The notes beneath the pieces were generated by a model. The model ran no database searches, had not been told where the DNA came from, and saw only the letters and a program-made list of their open reading frames with translations. A DNA stretch of 64,000 nt from Bacteroidales bacterium UBA6445. GTDB lineage: Bacteria > Bacteroidota > Bacteroidia > Bacteroidales > UBA932. Each line of letters opens with the position of its first letter. The first letter of the stretch is position 1. Below are positions 38,578 through 48,064 of this stretch, piece by piece. The position numbers and the translations under genes are program-made. The stretch covers positions 65,198 to 129,197 of the forward strand of contig DJOF01000021.1 in assembly GCA_002439585.1 (NCBI GenBank), read 5' to 3'.

Positions 38578-39511
38578 CTTTTTGCTTACTATTCTGCCTT
38601 TGGCTGCCCTGGCTCAGATCAAGGCTATCCCATATGGAGACATGGATAGGTGGATGGTAAGAGAGGTCCGAGAATCTGGCATAATCGGTGGAAATACTAA
38701 ATATCTATATGAGCTGGCTTATGGCGATACCCTAAAAGGCAATGTCCCGTTTGTACCAGATTTGAACAAAAGTCCATGGGCAACCTCCAGTGTCCTTGCA
38801 GTTGTGAAAGGAGTGACTAAGGGAAGTTGCACCGTGTTCCCGGAGCCTCATGGCCAAGGTCAGGCCGCTCGTCTTGAGACAAGGATAGAGACAGTGAAAG
38901 TGTTGTCCTTGATAAACATTTCGGTATTGGCTACCGGGACTTTGTTTCTTGGTGAGATACAAGAACCAGTGAGAGACACTCGCAATCCGCAGGCGAAGTT
39001 GCTGATGGGCATTCCGTTTACAGGCCATCCCAAGGGACTTGTCTTTGACTATAGTTTTCATCAGGGAGAATCTGGTGGCAAGAGAATCAAGATGACTGGC
39101 TTCAGCCGCAAGCAGGAGATACCCGGAGTGAATTGCGCTGAGGTATGCCTGTTGCTTCAGAAACGTTGGGAAGACTCTGAAGGTAACGTATTTGCCCTTA
39201 GGGTCGGCACAGCATGGACGCGGTATGATAAGAGTACTTCCGGATGGGTGTATGGTCATGAGGAAGATATAGTATACGGAGATATGACCGGCTCTCCAGC
39301 GTTCAAGGAGTATCTCGATCTGATGAAAGAAGAGCCTCATTATTGTCGCAACAGCAAGGGCGAAGTCGTACCTATACAGGAGATTGGATGGGCTCCGGAG
39401 TATACAACCCCGACGCACATGATCCTCCGTTTCTCTTCCGGACACGGAGGTGCTTACGTGGGTTCTCCCGGGGCAAAACTTCATATAGATAACGTAAAAC
39501 TCATTTATTGA
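38555..39511 (+). CDS. Secreted PCMD (putative carbohydrate metabolism domain) protein
   Basis: Signal peptide; ESGIIGG, SPWATS, G.PFT..PKG..FDY and PTHMILRFSS..GGAY.GSPG..L.IDNV.L.Y motifs. Start is ATG 38549, 38555 or 38558. Confidence 0.75.
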   Translation: MMRKFVYSFLLTILPLAALAQIKAIPYGDMDRWMVREVRESGIIGGNTKYLYELAYGDTLKGNVPFVPDLNKSPWATSSVLAVVKGVTKGSCTVFPEPHGQGQAARLETRIETVKVLSLINISVLATGTLFLGEIQEPVRDTRNPQAKLLMGIPFTGHPKGLVFDYSFHQGESGGKRIKMTGFSRKQEIPGVNCAEVCLLLQKRWEDSEGNVFALRVGTAWTRYDKSTSGWVYGHEEDIVYGDMTGSPAFKEYLDLMKEEPHYCRNSKGEVVPIQEIGWAPEYTTPTHMILRFSSGHGGAYVGSPGAKLHIDNVKLIY

Positions 39512-39515
39512 CAAG

Positions 39516-40646
39516 ATGGGACTTTTCAATTTCGACAACCTTCCGGTAAATACTTTGGTCGGTGCTGACTGGAAGACATTCTCCAAAGTTTCCAGAGGAG
39601 AGGAGATAGGCCGTACATGCAGGAGTAAGTATCTGCTTACTATGTATGTATGTGCTATTATGAATCCTTTCTACAAGATCAACGAGGCCAAGTATTCATC
39701 CTTGATGAAGAAATTAGCTTCCGGTAGGCTTTCAGAAAGGTCTATGGAGTCTCCTGTGTTCATAATAGGGCATTGGCGGAGCGGTACTACATTTGTCCAC
39801 AATGTCTTGTCCAAAGATCCTCAGTTCGGATACTGTACCACATATGAGACTGTATTTCCTCATCTTATGCTGTGGGGACGTCCTTTCTTCAGATGGTGCA
39901 TGAAGTCTCTTATGCCATCGTCCCGGCCGGCAGATTCTCTGGAACTCAATCCTGACCAACCTCAAGAGGAAGAGTTTGCGCTTGCCAACCTTACCCCGTA
40001 TTCGTACTATCATTTCTGGAGTTTCCCGAAGAATATCCCAGAGTTCAGAGAGAAATATCTTCTTATGCGTGGGCTGTCTTCCGAAGAGAAAGAGGAATTC
40101 AGCCGCAATGTCCACAAGATAATGGAGCTTGCAATGTACACTGCTCCAGAAAGAGCAAGGCGTTTCCTAAGCAAGAATCCGCCACATACAGCTAGGGTGC
40201 GTGAATTGCTTGAAATCTATCCTGATGCCAAGTTCATCTACTTGGTGAGGAATCCTTATACAGTATTCAAGTCAACGATGAATTTCATCGGCAATACTTT
40301 GCGCACTACGGCATTGCAGGAATTGTCTAAGGAAGAGCTTGAGAAGCAGATACTTATCACATATAAAGATATGTATGACAAATACGAGACCGACAAGTCT
40401 CTTGTGCCACAGGGCAATCTCATCGAGGTCCGATTCGAGGATTTTGAGAAAGACCCTATTGCCGAGGCTGGGAGAATCTACTCTGTACTCGGGCTCGGTG
40501 ATTTTGCTTCAGCATGTCCTCTTATGGAATCCTATATCGCCGGCAAGCGTGGCTTTCACAAGAACAAATACGTCTATGATGCACACACTATGGCTGTCGT
40601 AGACGAAAACTGGCATGAGGCTGTAGCAAAATGGGGATATAAGTAA
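39516..40646 (+). CDS. PAPS-dependent sulfotransferase (BT0416-like)
   Basis: 5'-PSB motif IIGHWRSGTT, PQEEEF, SKNPPHT and 3'-PB motif RNPY...S. The N-terminus LP.NTLVGADWKTF resembles, from memory, the Bacteroides sterol sulfotransferase. Confidence 0.88.
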   Translation: MGLFNFDNLPVNTLVGADWKTFSKVSRGEEIGRTCRSKYLLTMYVCAIMNPFYKINEAKYSSLMKKLASGRLSERSMESPVFIIGHWRSGTTFVHNVLSKDPQFGYCTTYETVFPHLMLWGRPFFRWCMKSLMPSSRPADSLELNPDQPQEEEFALANLTPYSYYHFWSFPKNIPEFREKYLLMRGLSSEEKEEFSRNVHKIMELAMYTAPERARRFLSKNPPHTARVRELLEIYPDAKFIYLVRNPYTVFKSTMNFIGNTLRTTALQELSKEELEKQILITYKDMYDKYETDKSLVPQGNLIEVRFEDFEKDPIAEAGRIYSVLGLGDFASACPLMESYIAGKRGFHKNKYVYDAHTMAVVDENWHEAVAKWGYK

Positions 40647-40659
40647 TATGTTATCAAAA

Positions 40660-40705
40660 TAAACTGCACCCCAAAGTTGAACATAAAACTAGGGAGTGCA
40701 GTACA
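40660..40705. mobile_element. 46-bp remnant of IS3/IS150-like ends; probable bidirectional terminator hairpin
   Basis: TAAACTGCACCCCAAAGTTGAACA...AAACTAGGGAGTGCAGTACA, lying between convergent stop codons. Confidence 0.55.
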
Positions 40706-40729
40706 GTACTCTAAAAGTGGAAGTGAATC

Positions 40730-42763
40730 TTAATGCTGCAGGAAGTGCTCTGCGCGGCCTGGGGTTAGCAACTCCCATAGCGAGGCAACTGTCCAGCCTG
40801 GTGCGAAGATGTTGTTGTAGAAGCCCTTGCCGTTCTTTCCGTAATCCCAGTTGGTATGCTGCACAACTTCAGGATAATATCCAACTTTGGCAACACCGCA
40901 CAGATGCCCCTCGTATGGCAGAAGCTGGCGCATAGATTCTGAGATCACATTAGCGAATCCTATAAACCTTTCTTCCGAATATCTTGCCCCGAGCCAGTCA
41001 AGAACATCGGCAAAGTCAAAGACGAAAACATCTATATGGTTGTTCTCTACAGAGACATTACCCCACCCTCTGCTCTTGAATCCGAGATCTCCAAGCATCT
41101 GCCCGCGTGCAAATGGCACATCATAGGTATAATACCAGGTAAGGGCGAAATATGCTGCCTTGCGTGCTAAGGAAGCGTAGTACTCCTGTTCCTCGCCCTT
41201 GGTAGCCAATGCCATGTAATATGCTGCAGTAGCTGCATATAGCGAGGCTTCCTTGTCTTCGCAGTTGGCGTCTAGGGTAGAAGAGAAATAGTCGGACTTG
41301 GAGATAATCTCCGTTTCGAGGTATGAGATCGTCCTTTTGGCGCATTCAAGGTAATTCTTGTCTCCGAAATACTTATATCCCATTACAAGAGGCAAAGTAG
41401 CTGAAGGTGTGCTTCCACCCGTAGGATCTACCCTGGAGTAGTCCTCGTTAAATTTGCGCGGAAAGCTTCCGTCAGGGTTTTGAATCTCTACGAACATGTC
41501 AAGCATCTTGCGGATTTTATTCTCCCATTCCTTGTGCTTTCTTCCGTGACGCTTCTCATAGTCAAGATAGTACAGAATAGCATATATTCCTTCTGACTGC
41601 CTTCTTATAGTATGGAACGGCTTAGTCTTATTCTTATTGCATTCTATAACCTCGTGCAGAAATCCTTTCGGGGAGATGCCCTTGGCGAGATAAGAGTCGA
41701 AGATGCTCCGGGCCTGATTGGCAAGAGTCTCGTCACCGATCTGCTCACCGTATTCGAGAGCATTGAACGCATTTAGGAGCGTTCTTCCTACGAATCCTAC
41801 CTCAGCGACGTCAGGGCTGTCGCATGTGGCTACTACCATACGGGGACTTGCATAATAGTTGACATATGACTCCACATAGGCCTCGCGGAAATAGTTGCTC
41901 ATCTTCTCTTTCATGAAATCCGTAGTGTATGTGCCAGTTGGTGCCGCCGGTTTGTAGGTGTCATAGCAATATGCCCAGATATCGCTCACGCATTCAGCGA
42001 AGTCAGCAGCTTCTATGGAAGAAATCTCCCACATAAGATTGACGCTTTCACCTTTGCCAAGACGGCTGAAAGCCTCTACAGGAGGGGCTAATGTAAGTTT
42101 GCGAATGTATGTCTTGGGCTCTTCCTTGTAAGGAAATCCATATGAGAGTGCTGTGCACCCGTCCACATTCTCAAATCCTGTATACCCAACCGAAGATGGG
42201 CCTGATATGATGACCTCTCCTGCCTGGTGTTGGGTAAGAGACTCATGTGCGTAGTTGTCAATCCTTATCACGGATAGTGCAGAGTGTCTGTCTTCGCTGT
42301 ACACAGCCGTAAGCGGTGTGCTCAATCTGTCTTCTCTTACAATCCAGCTGTCAGACACGTTGAACGAAGGAGCTCCTTCAGGTGAGCGTAAGTTCTTCCT
42401 ATACCAGTACCCAGGCATAAGAAAAAGTCCTTTATCGTGGTTGAAATCTGTCAGGTAGTGCTCGCCATAAGAAAAATAAATATCTTCTTCAGCGGTAATC
42501 ATCACATTGATGCGAATCTTTCCCTCATCGCGGGTGATCTTCCTTATTACATTCACTGGAATATCATCTTTCGCAACTAATGCCTCCGTTCCTCCGCTGA
42601 TGATACATGGCGTGAGTGTATGACTAATGGCCGGGTTGCCCGGTGACTTCAGTCTTAAAACCGAAGAAAATCTTGATTCGGATAATTCTGTGGCAAAGGA
42701 CAAGGTACATGAGGCTACTATACCGATGGCCGCAATCAAAGGCAAATGTAATTTAGTGTTCAT
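40730..42763 (-). CDS. Secreted hypothetical protein, probable (alpha/alpha)6-barrel glycoside hydrolase/lyase-like
   Basis: 677 aa with signal peptide. Beta-rich N-half; helical C-half with QNPDGSFPR, DANCEDKEA and GWGNVSVENNH. Confidence 0.6.
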   Translation of the reverse strand: MNTKLHLPLIAAIGIVASCTLSFATELSESRFSSVLRLKSPGNPAISHTLTPCIISGGTEALVAKDDIPVNVIRKITRDEGKIRINVMITAEEDIYFSYGEHYLTDFNHDKGLFLMPGYWYRKNLRSPEGAPSFNVSDSWIVREDRLSTPLTAVYSEDRHSALSVIRIDNYAHESLTQHQAGEVIISGPSSVGYTGFENVDGCTALSYGFPYKEEPKTYIRKLTLAPPVEAFSRLGKGESVNLMWEISSIEAADFAECVSDIWAYCYDTYKPAAPTGTYTTDFMKEKMSNYFREAYVESYVNYYASPRMVVATCDSPDVAEVGFVGRTLLNAFNALEYGEQIGDETLANQARSIFDSYLAKGISPKGFLHEVIECNKNKTKPFHTIRRQSEGIYAILYYLDYEKRHGRKHKEWENKIRKMLDMFVEIQNPDGSFPRKFNEDYSRVDPTGGSTPSATLPLVMGYKYFGDKNYLECAKRTISYLETEIISKSDYFSSTLDANCEDKEASLYAATAAYYMALATKGEEQEYYASLARKAAYFALTWYYTYDVPFARGQMLGDLGFKSRGWGNVSVENNHIDVFVFDFADVLDWLGARYSEERFIGFANVISESMRQLLPYEGHLCGVAKVGYYPEVVQHTNWDYGKNGKGFYNNIFAPGWTVASLWELLTPGRAEHFLQH

Positions 42764-42855
42764 CTATGTGGTGGTTTAGAGTCAGTATTATAGTTTGCGG
42801 TACAATGGGACTCCGGTATGTCAGTGGAAGTACAACTCTTGCCCGCATAACTTCG

Positions 42856-42956
42856 CAAATTTAGTAATTCTTTCGTTATTTGGACTACTTTGTTAAAAAA
42901 TATCGGCATGTCCGCTCTGTTTTGTATTGTAATGCGCTTGAAAAATATTAAATTTG
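42856..42956. promoter_or_regulatory. Divergent -7 promoter boxes (hypothetical gene / V-ATPase operon)
   Basis: CAAATTTA at 42856-63 and TAAATTTG at 42949-56. Confidence 0.65.
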
Positions 42957-43013
42957 TACAGAAAACGTTATAAGTCATAACCGCTTTTTAATACATAGAT
43001 AACAAATCATAAT

Positions 43014-43622
43014 ATGCAGGACAAACTACAGGAATTGACGGACAAGCTCTACAGCGAAGGGCTCTCCAGAGGAAAAGCCCAAGGTGAGGCTTTGCTGGCC
43101 AAGGCCAAGGAAGACGCGGCGACGATATTGGCAAATGCGAATCGTCAGGCAGCTGAGATTAGAGCCAATGCTGAGAGAGATGCGGAAGAATACAAGGCCA
43201 AGATAGAAAGCGATATCAAGTTGGCTTCCGCACAGAGTCTTCAGACAGTTAAGTCCGACATAGAGAGAGCTGTCATATTCAAGATGGCAGGTGAACCTGT
43301 AGGTAATATCATGTCAGATACATCTTTCCTTAAGGATATTATACGTACTGTGGCGGAGAAATTCAGTGCGCAGGAATCTTCCGATCTTGAACTTGTGCTT
43401 CCCGAGAGCCTGAAATCAGAACTCCAGCCTTTCATTGCTGGGGAACTAACGGCCATGTTCGGAAGTGGATTCAAGGCATCTTTCTCAAAGAAAGTATCGG
43501 GAGGATTCACCATTGGACCTGCCGACGGAAGCTATTTCATAAGCTTTACTGATGAGACCTTTGCCCAGCTGATTTCAGCGTATCTGCATCCGGTAACACG
43601 CCGGCTTCTCTTCGGGGAATAG
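43014..43622 (+). CDS. ntpE: V-type ATP synthase subunit E
   Basis: MQDKLQELTDKLYSEG coiled coil and GGFTIGP.DG.Y.ISF; first gene of the operon. Confidence 0.85.
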   Translation: MQDKLQELTDKLYSEGLSRGKAQGEALLAKAKEDAATILANANRQAAEIRANAERDAEEYKAKIESDIKLASAQSLQTVKSDIERAVIFKMAGEPVGNIMSDTSFLKDIIRTVAEKFSAQESSDLELVLPESLKSELQPFIAGELTAMFGSGFKASFSKKVSGGFTIGPADGSYFISFTDETFAQLISAYLHPVTRRLLFGE

Positions 43623-43634
43623 ACTGAGCTACAG

Positions 43635-44240
43635 ATGAATAACTACGAATATATAGTCGCGTCTCTCCCAGATATAAGTCTGTCAAGGTCCGGAGTGGAT
43701 TCTGTGGACACTTCAGCCATTATTGCTGATATCACAAATTTGTGCTCAGACAAGGACAAGGGGACAATCAACTTGCTTCTTGAAGGATTTGACGACAAAA
43801 CCCTTGGTGAGGCATTCTATCGCAAAGCTTTGGACTCATCCGACAACTTTGTCCGTCAGTATTTTACCTACGACCTTCATATGAGGAATATGAAAGCCAG
43901 ATATGTCAACAGAGCTCTTGGGCGCAAGGATGACACTGACATCTTCATGGCTGACGGTAAAGAATATGATTCAGACTCAAGACTTTCCGCTCTATTCGGC
44001 AGTGGAGATGTCCTTGCCCTTGAGAAAGGTCTTGACGCCCTTCTGTGGGAGACAGTGGACGAGATTAATGTCTTCCAATATTTCAGTCTTGATTCCATAC
44101 TCGGCTTCATAGTAAAGCTTCATATTGTATCCAGGTGGCTTTCCCTTGATCCGGAGAGCGGCAAAGAGATGTTCTCCAAGTTAGTTAAGGAAGTGACAGC
44201 CACATATTCATCGGCCAGGGATGCATCCGGCATTTTCTGA
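43635..44240 (+). CDS. DUF2764 protein (V-ATPase subunit C-like)
   Basis: YEYIVASLPD...EK.LD...W...RW..LD...G pattern; positioned between subunits E and A. Confidence 0.8.
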   Translation: MNNYEYIVASLPDISLSRSGVDSVDTSAIIADITNLCSDKDKGTINLLLEGFDDKTLGEAFYRKALDSSDNFVRQYFTYDLHMRNMKARYVNRALGRKDDTDIFMADGKEYDSDSRLSALFGSGDVLALEKGLDALLWETVDEINVFQYFSLDSILGFIVKLHIVSRWLSLDPESGKEMFSKLVKEVTATYSSARDASGIF

Positions 44241-44357
44241 TAAGGCGATAATCCCAGAACCGACAATAAGCAAGGCTTATATGCTGGGAGCAGAATGAAG
44301 CAGAAATTCATTGTGCAGAGGCGAAATGATTGTACATGAAATATAAAATAAACGATA

Positions 44358-46115
44358 ATGAAAACTAAAGGTAAGGTGACCGGCATTGTTTCCAACCTTG
44401 TGACCGTCACAGTCGACGGCCCGGTTGCAGAGAATGAGTTGTGTTACATCTCCCTTGGCGATACTAAGCTTCTTGCCGAAGTCATCAAGGTAAAGGGCAG
44501 CGATGCCTCGGTGCAGGTCTTTGAAAGTACCAGAGGGCTGAAGAACGGTGATTCCGTGGAATTTGAGGGAAGGATGCTTGAAGTGTCTCTCGGTCCGGGT
44601 CTTCTGTCCAGTATATATGATGGTCTGCAGAACAATCTGGCTACCATGGAGGGGGTTTTCCTCAAGAGGGGAGAGTATACTTCGCCCCTTGATCATTCCA
44701 GACTATGGGATTTTGTCCCGCTGGCAAAGCCTGGTGACAAGGTCATTGCCGCTGATTATCTCGGCGAAGTGAAAGAAGGGTGGCTTCCTCATAAGATAAT
44801 GGTTCCTTTCTCATTCAATGGTAGTTATACTGTCAAGTCAGTAGCTCCGGCCGGACAATACAATATAGACCATGAGATAGCTGTCCTCGTGAGTGACGAG
44901 AGCGGAGATGAAGTACAGGTGACAATGGTACAGAGATGGCCGGTGAAAGTTGCTGTCAAGACTTACCGTGAGAAACCGAGGCCGGACAGGATCATGGAGA
45001 CCGGAGTACGTGTCATAGATACGCTTGATCCTATTGCAGAGGGCGGAACAGGATTTATCCCTGGTCCATTCGGATGCGGCAAGACAGTGCTTCAGCATGC
45101 GATAGCAAAGCAGGGTGATGCTGATGTCATTGTGATGGCGGCTTGTGGAGAGAGAGCCAATGAGGTTGTGGAGATTTTCACCGAATTCCCAGAGTTGATA
45201 GATCCGCATACAGGACGTCATCTTATGGAGCGTACCACGATCATCTGCAATACTTCCAACATGCCTGTCGCTGCGCGTGAAGCTTCGGTCTATACGGCCA
45301 TGACAATATGCGAATATTACAGAGCCATGGGTCTTAAGTGTCTGCTTTTGGCGGATTCTACATCCAGATGGGCTCAGGCCTTAAGGGAGATGAGTAACCG
45401 TATGGAAGAACTTCCCGGTGCGGATGCCTTCCCGGTAGATTTGTCTGCCATAATTTCTAATTTCTATGCAAGGGCAGGCAAGGTTGTTCTCAACAACGGT
45501 GCTACGGGTGCTGTAACTTTCATAGGTACAGTATCGCCTGCCGGCGGTAACCTAAAAGAGCCTGTCACGGAGTCTACCAAGAAAGCAGCCAGGTGCTTCT
45601 ATGCCCTTGAGCAGAACAGGGCAGACCAGAAAAGGTATCCGGCCGTCAACCCGATTGACTCGTATTCCAAATATCTAGAATATCCAGAAATATGCAGCTA
45701 TCTTGACAGCAAGATAGAGAAAGGTTGGACCGACAAGGTAGCGGCTGCCAAGAATATAATAAGACAAGGACGAGACGCTGCCGAGCAGATCAATATCCTC
45801 GGAGATGATGGCGTGCCGATGTCATATCATGAGACATTCTGGAAATCAGAGCTTCTTGATTTTGTCTTCCTGCAGCAGGATGCCTTTGATGCCGTAGATT
45901 CAATAACTCCGCTTGAGAGACAGAAATACATGCTCAATCTCATACTTGACATATGCTCAACGCATTTTGAGTTCGAAGATTTCGAGAAATGCAGAGATTT
46001 CTTCAAGGAGATGATCAACCTGATGCGTCAGATGAATTACTCCGAATTCCAAAGTGAGGCATTCGGAGAATATAATGCAAAACTTTCAAAATTGATGGAA
46101 GAAAATGGCAAATAA
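44358..46115 (+). CDS. ntpA: V-type ATP synthase subunit A
   Basis: GPFGCGKTV, CGERANE, NTSNMPVAAREAS and ADSTSRWAQALRE motifs. Confidence 0.96.
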   Translation: MKTKGKVTGIVSNLVTVTVDGPVAENELCYISLGDTKLLAEVIKVKGSDASVQVFESTRGLKNGDSVEFEGRMLEVSLGPGLLSSIYDGLQNNLATMEGVFLKRGEYTSPLDHSRLWDFVPLAKPGDKVIAADYLGEVKEGWLPHKIMVPFSFNGSYTVKSVAPAGQYNIDHEIAVLVSDESGDEVQVTMVQRWPVKVAVKTYREKPRPDRIMETGVRVIDTLDPIAEGGTGFIPGPFGCGKTVLQHAIAKQGDADVIVMAACGERANEVVEIFTEFPELIDPHTGRHLMERTTIICNTSNMPVAAREASVYTAMTICEYYRAMGLKCLLLADSTSRWAQALREMSNRMEELPGADAFPVDLSAIISNFYARAGKVVLNNGATGAVTFIGTVSPAGGNLKEPVTESTKKAARCFYALEQNRADQKRYPAVNPIDSYSKYLEYPEICSYLDSKIEKGWTDKVAAAKNIIRQGRDAAEQINILGDDGVPMSYHETFWKSELLDFVFLQQDAFDAVDSITPLERQKYMLNLILDICSTHFEFEDFEKCRDFFKEMINLMRQMNYSEFQSEAFGEYNAKLSKLMEENGK

Positions 46116-47448
46116 GGCTTTTCAAAGAACATATACGCATATAGATGCGATAACCAAGGCTACAGTGTCCCTGAAAGTCTCCGGTGTTGCCAACGATGAA
46201 CTCGCAACCGTTGGAGGGCGTCTTGCCCAGGTGGTTAAGACAAAAGGTGATGCTGTCACCCTCCAGGTGTTTGCCGGAACGGAAGGCATTGCCACTGACG
46301 CGGAGGTATCGTTTCTCGGAGCACCACCCACGCTTAAGGTCAGCGATCAGCTCTCAGGACGTTTCTTCAATGCTTACGGTCGTCCTATAGATGGCGGACC
46401 GGAAGTAGAAGGTGAGGAAAGAGAGATTGGAGGGCCGTCAGTCAATCCATATAAGAGAAGGCAGCCTTCGGAGTTGATACCTACCGGTATTGCCGGCATT
46501 GACCTCAACAATACGATCGTTTCTGGACAGAAGATCCCTTTCTTTGCAGACCCTGACCAGCCTTACAATCAGGTCATGGCAGATGTCGCCATGAGGGCGG
46601 ATGTGGACAAGATCATACTTGGAGGCATGGGACTCAGCAATGACGACTATCTGTTCTTCCGCCACGCTTTCGAGTCGGCAGGAGCCTTAGACAGGATCAT
46701 AAGTTTTGTCAACACCACTGAAGAGCCTCCTGTGGAGCGGCTTCTTATACCGGACATGACACTTGCAGCGGCAGAGTATTTTGCAGTTGACAAAAATCAG
46801 AAAGTCCTTGTGCTTCTTACCGATATGACCCTGTATGCGGATGCCTTGAGTATAGTGTCCAATCGTATGGATCAGATTCCTTCCAAGGACTCCATGCCGG
46901 GTTCTCTGTATTCCGACCTCGCGAAAATCTACGAGAAGGCCGTGCAACTTCCTTCAGGCGGCTCCATTACCATCATTGCAGTTACGACACTAAACGACGG
47001 TGACATCACCCACGCCATTCCGGACAATACCGGTTATATAACTGAAGGCCAGCTTTATCTGAGGGCTGATGCTGATTCTGGTAAGGTCATCATTGACCCG
47101 TTCCGTTCCCTGTCGAGGCTCAAGCAGCATGTGCAGGGCAAGAAGACAAGGGAAGACCACAGTCAGGTGATGAATGCCGGAGTAAGGCTTTATGCCGATG
47201 CCCAGAATGCCAAGACCAAACTTGAGAACGGCTTTGACCTCAGCGACTATGATCACCGTTGTCTCGCTTATGCAAAGGAATATGCGACGAGACTTCTGTC
47301 AATAGATGTTAATATTCCTATTGATGAGATGTTGGACACAGCCTGGGAACTGTTCGCCAAATATTTCTCTAAAGCTGAGACAGGTATCAAGCAGGTATTC
47401 ATCGACAAATATTGGCCCTCTGGAGCAGAAGGCAAGAAGATGAGCTGA
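46105..47448 (+). CDS. ntpB: V-type ATP synthase subunit B
   Basis: TGIAGID, GQKIPFF, PGSLYSDLA and HAIPDNTGYITEGQ motifs. Confidence 0.95.
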   Translation: MANKAFQRTYTHIDAITKATVSLKVSGVANDELATVGGRLAQVVKTKGDAVTLQVFAGTEGIATDAEVSFLGAPPTLKVSDQLSGRFFNAYGRPIDGGPEVEGEEREIGGPSVNPYKRRQPSELIPTGIAGIDLNNTIVSGQKIPFFADPDQPYNQVMADVAMRADVDKIILGGMGLSNDDYLFFRHAFESAGALDRIISFVNTTEEPPVERLLIPDMTLAAAEYFAVDKNQKVLVLLTDMTLYADALSIVSNRMDQIPSKDSMPGSLYSDLAKIYEKAVQLPSGGSITIIAVTTLNDGDITHAIPDNTGYITEGQLYLRADADSGKVIIDPFRSLSRLKQHVQGKKTREDHSQVMNAGVRLYADAQNAKTKLENGFDLSDYDHRCLAYAKEYATRLLSIDVNIPIDEMLDTAWELFAKYFSKAETGIKQVFIDKYWPSGAEGKKMS

Positions 47449-47449
47449 T

Positions 47450-48064
47450 ATGGCAATTAGATTCCAATATAACAAGACATCTCTCAACAATCTCGGCAAG
47501 CAGCTAAAGATGCGCCAAAAAGCTCTCCCGACTCTTCAGAACAAGGAGTCTGCCCTGCGCATGGAAGTGCGGAAGGCCAAGGAGAAGTCGGAAGCACTCT
47601 TGAGCGAGCTTGAGTCTGCCATGCGAAAGTACGACTATATGGCTCCTCTGTGGAACGAGTTTGAGAGCGGTTTGGTATCAATAACAGATGTGGATCTTGT
47701 GACCGTGAAGCTTGCAGGAGTCAAGACTCCGGAGCTGAAGGAGATCCATTATGAGATACGTCCTTTCAATGCCTTTGTCAAGCCGGCATGGTATGCTCTC
47801 GGGGTGGATATTCTCAAGACAATGACCAGGTTGGGCATTGAGTCCGAGATCTATGCCCAGAAGAGCAAGATCCTTGACTATCAGAGGAAGAAGACTACTC
47901 AGAAAGTCAATCTGTATGAGAAAGTCCAGATCCCAGGATATCAGGAAGCCATAAGGAAAATCAAGCGCTACATGGAGGATGAAGACAATCTCAGCAAAGC
48001 AGCTTCCAAGATAGTGAAGCAGCGTCATGAGGAAGAAGAGGCTGTGGGGGAGCCTGCCGTATGA
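47450..48064 (+). CDS. ntpD: V-type ATP synthase subunit D
   Basis: ALPTLQNKE.ALR and KTTQKVNLYEKVQIP motifs. Confidence 0.92.
   Translation: MAIRFQYNKTSLNNLGKQLKMRQKALPTLQNKESALRMEVRKAKEKSEALLSELESAMRKYDYMAPLWNEFESGLVSITDVDLVTVKLAGVKTPELKEIHYEIRPFNAFVKPAWYALGVDILKTMTRLGIESEIYAQKSKILDYQRKKTTQKVNLYEKVQIPGYQEAIRKIKRYMEDEDNLSKAASKIVKQRHEEEEAVGEPAV

Noticed and set aside
38732..39586. Long antisense ORFs (also 62961-63824, 7425-8135 and others)
   Set aside because: They are shadows of well-supported genes on the opposite strand and show no motifs.
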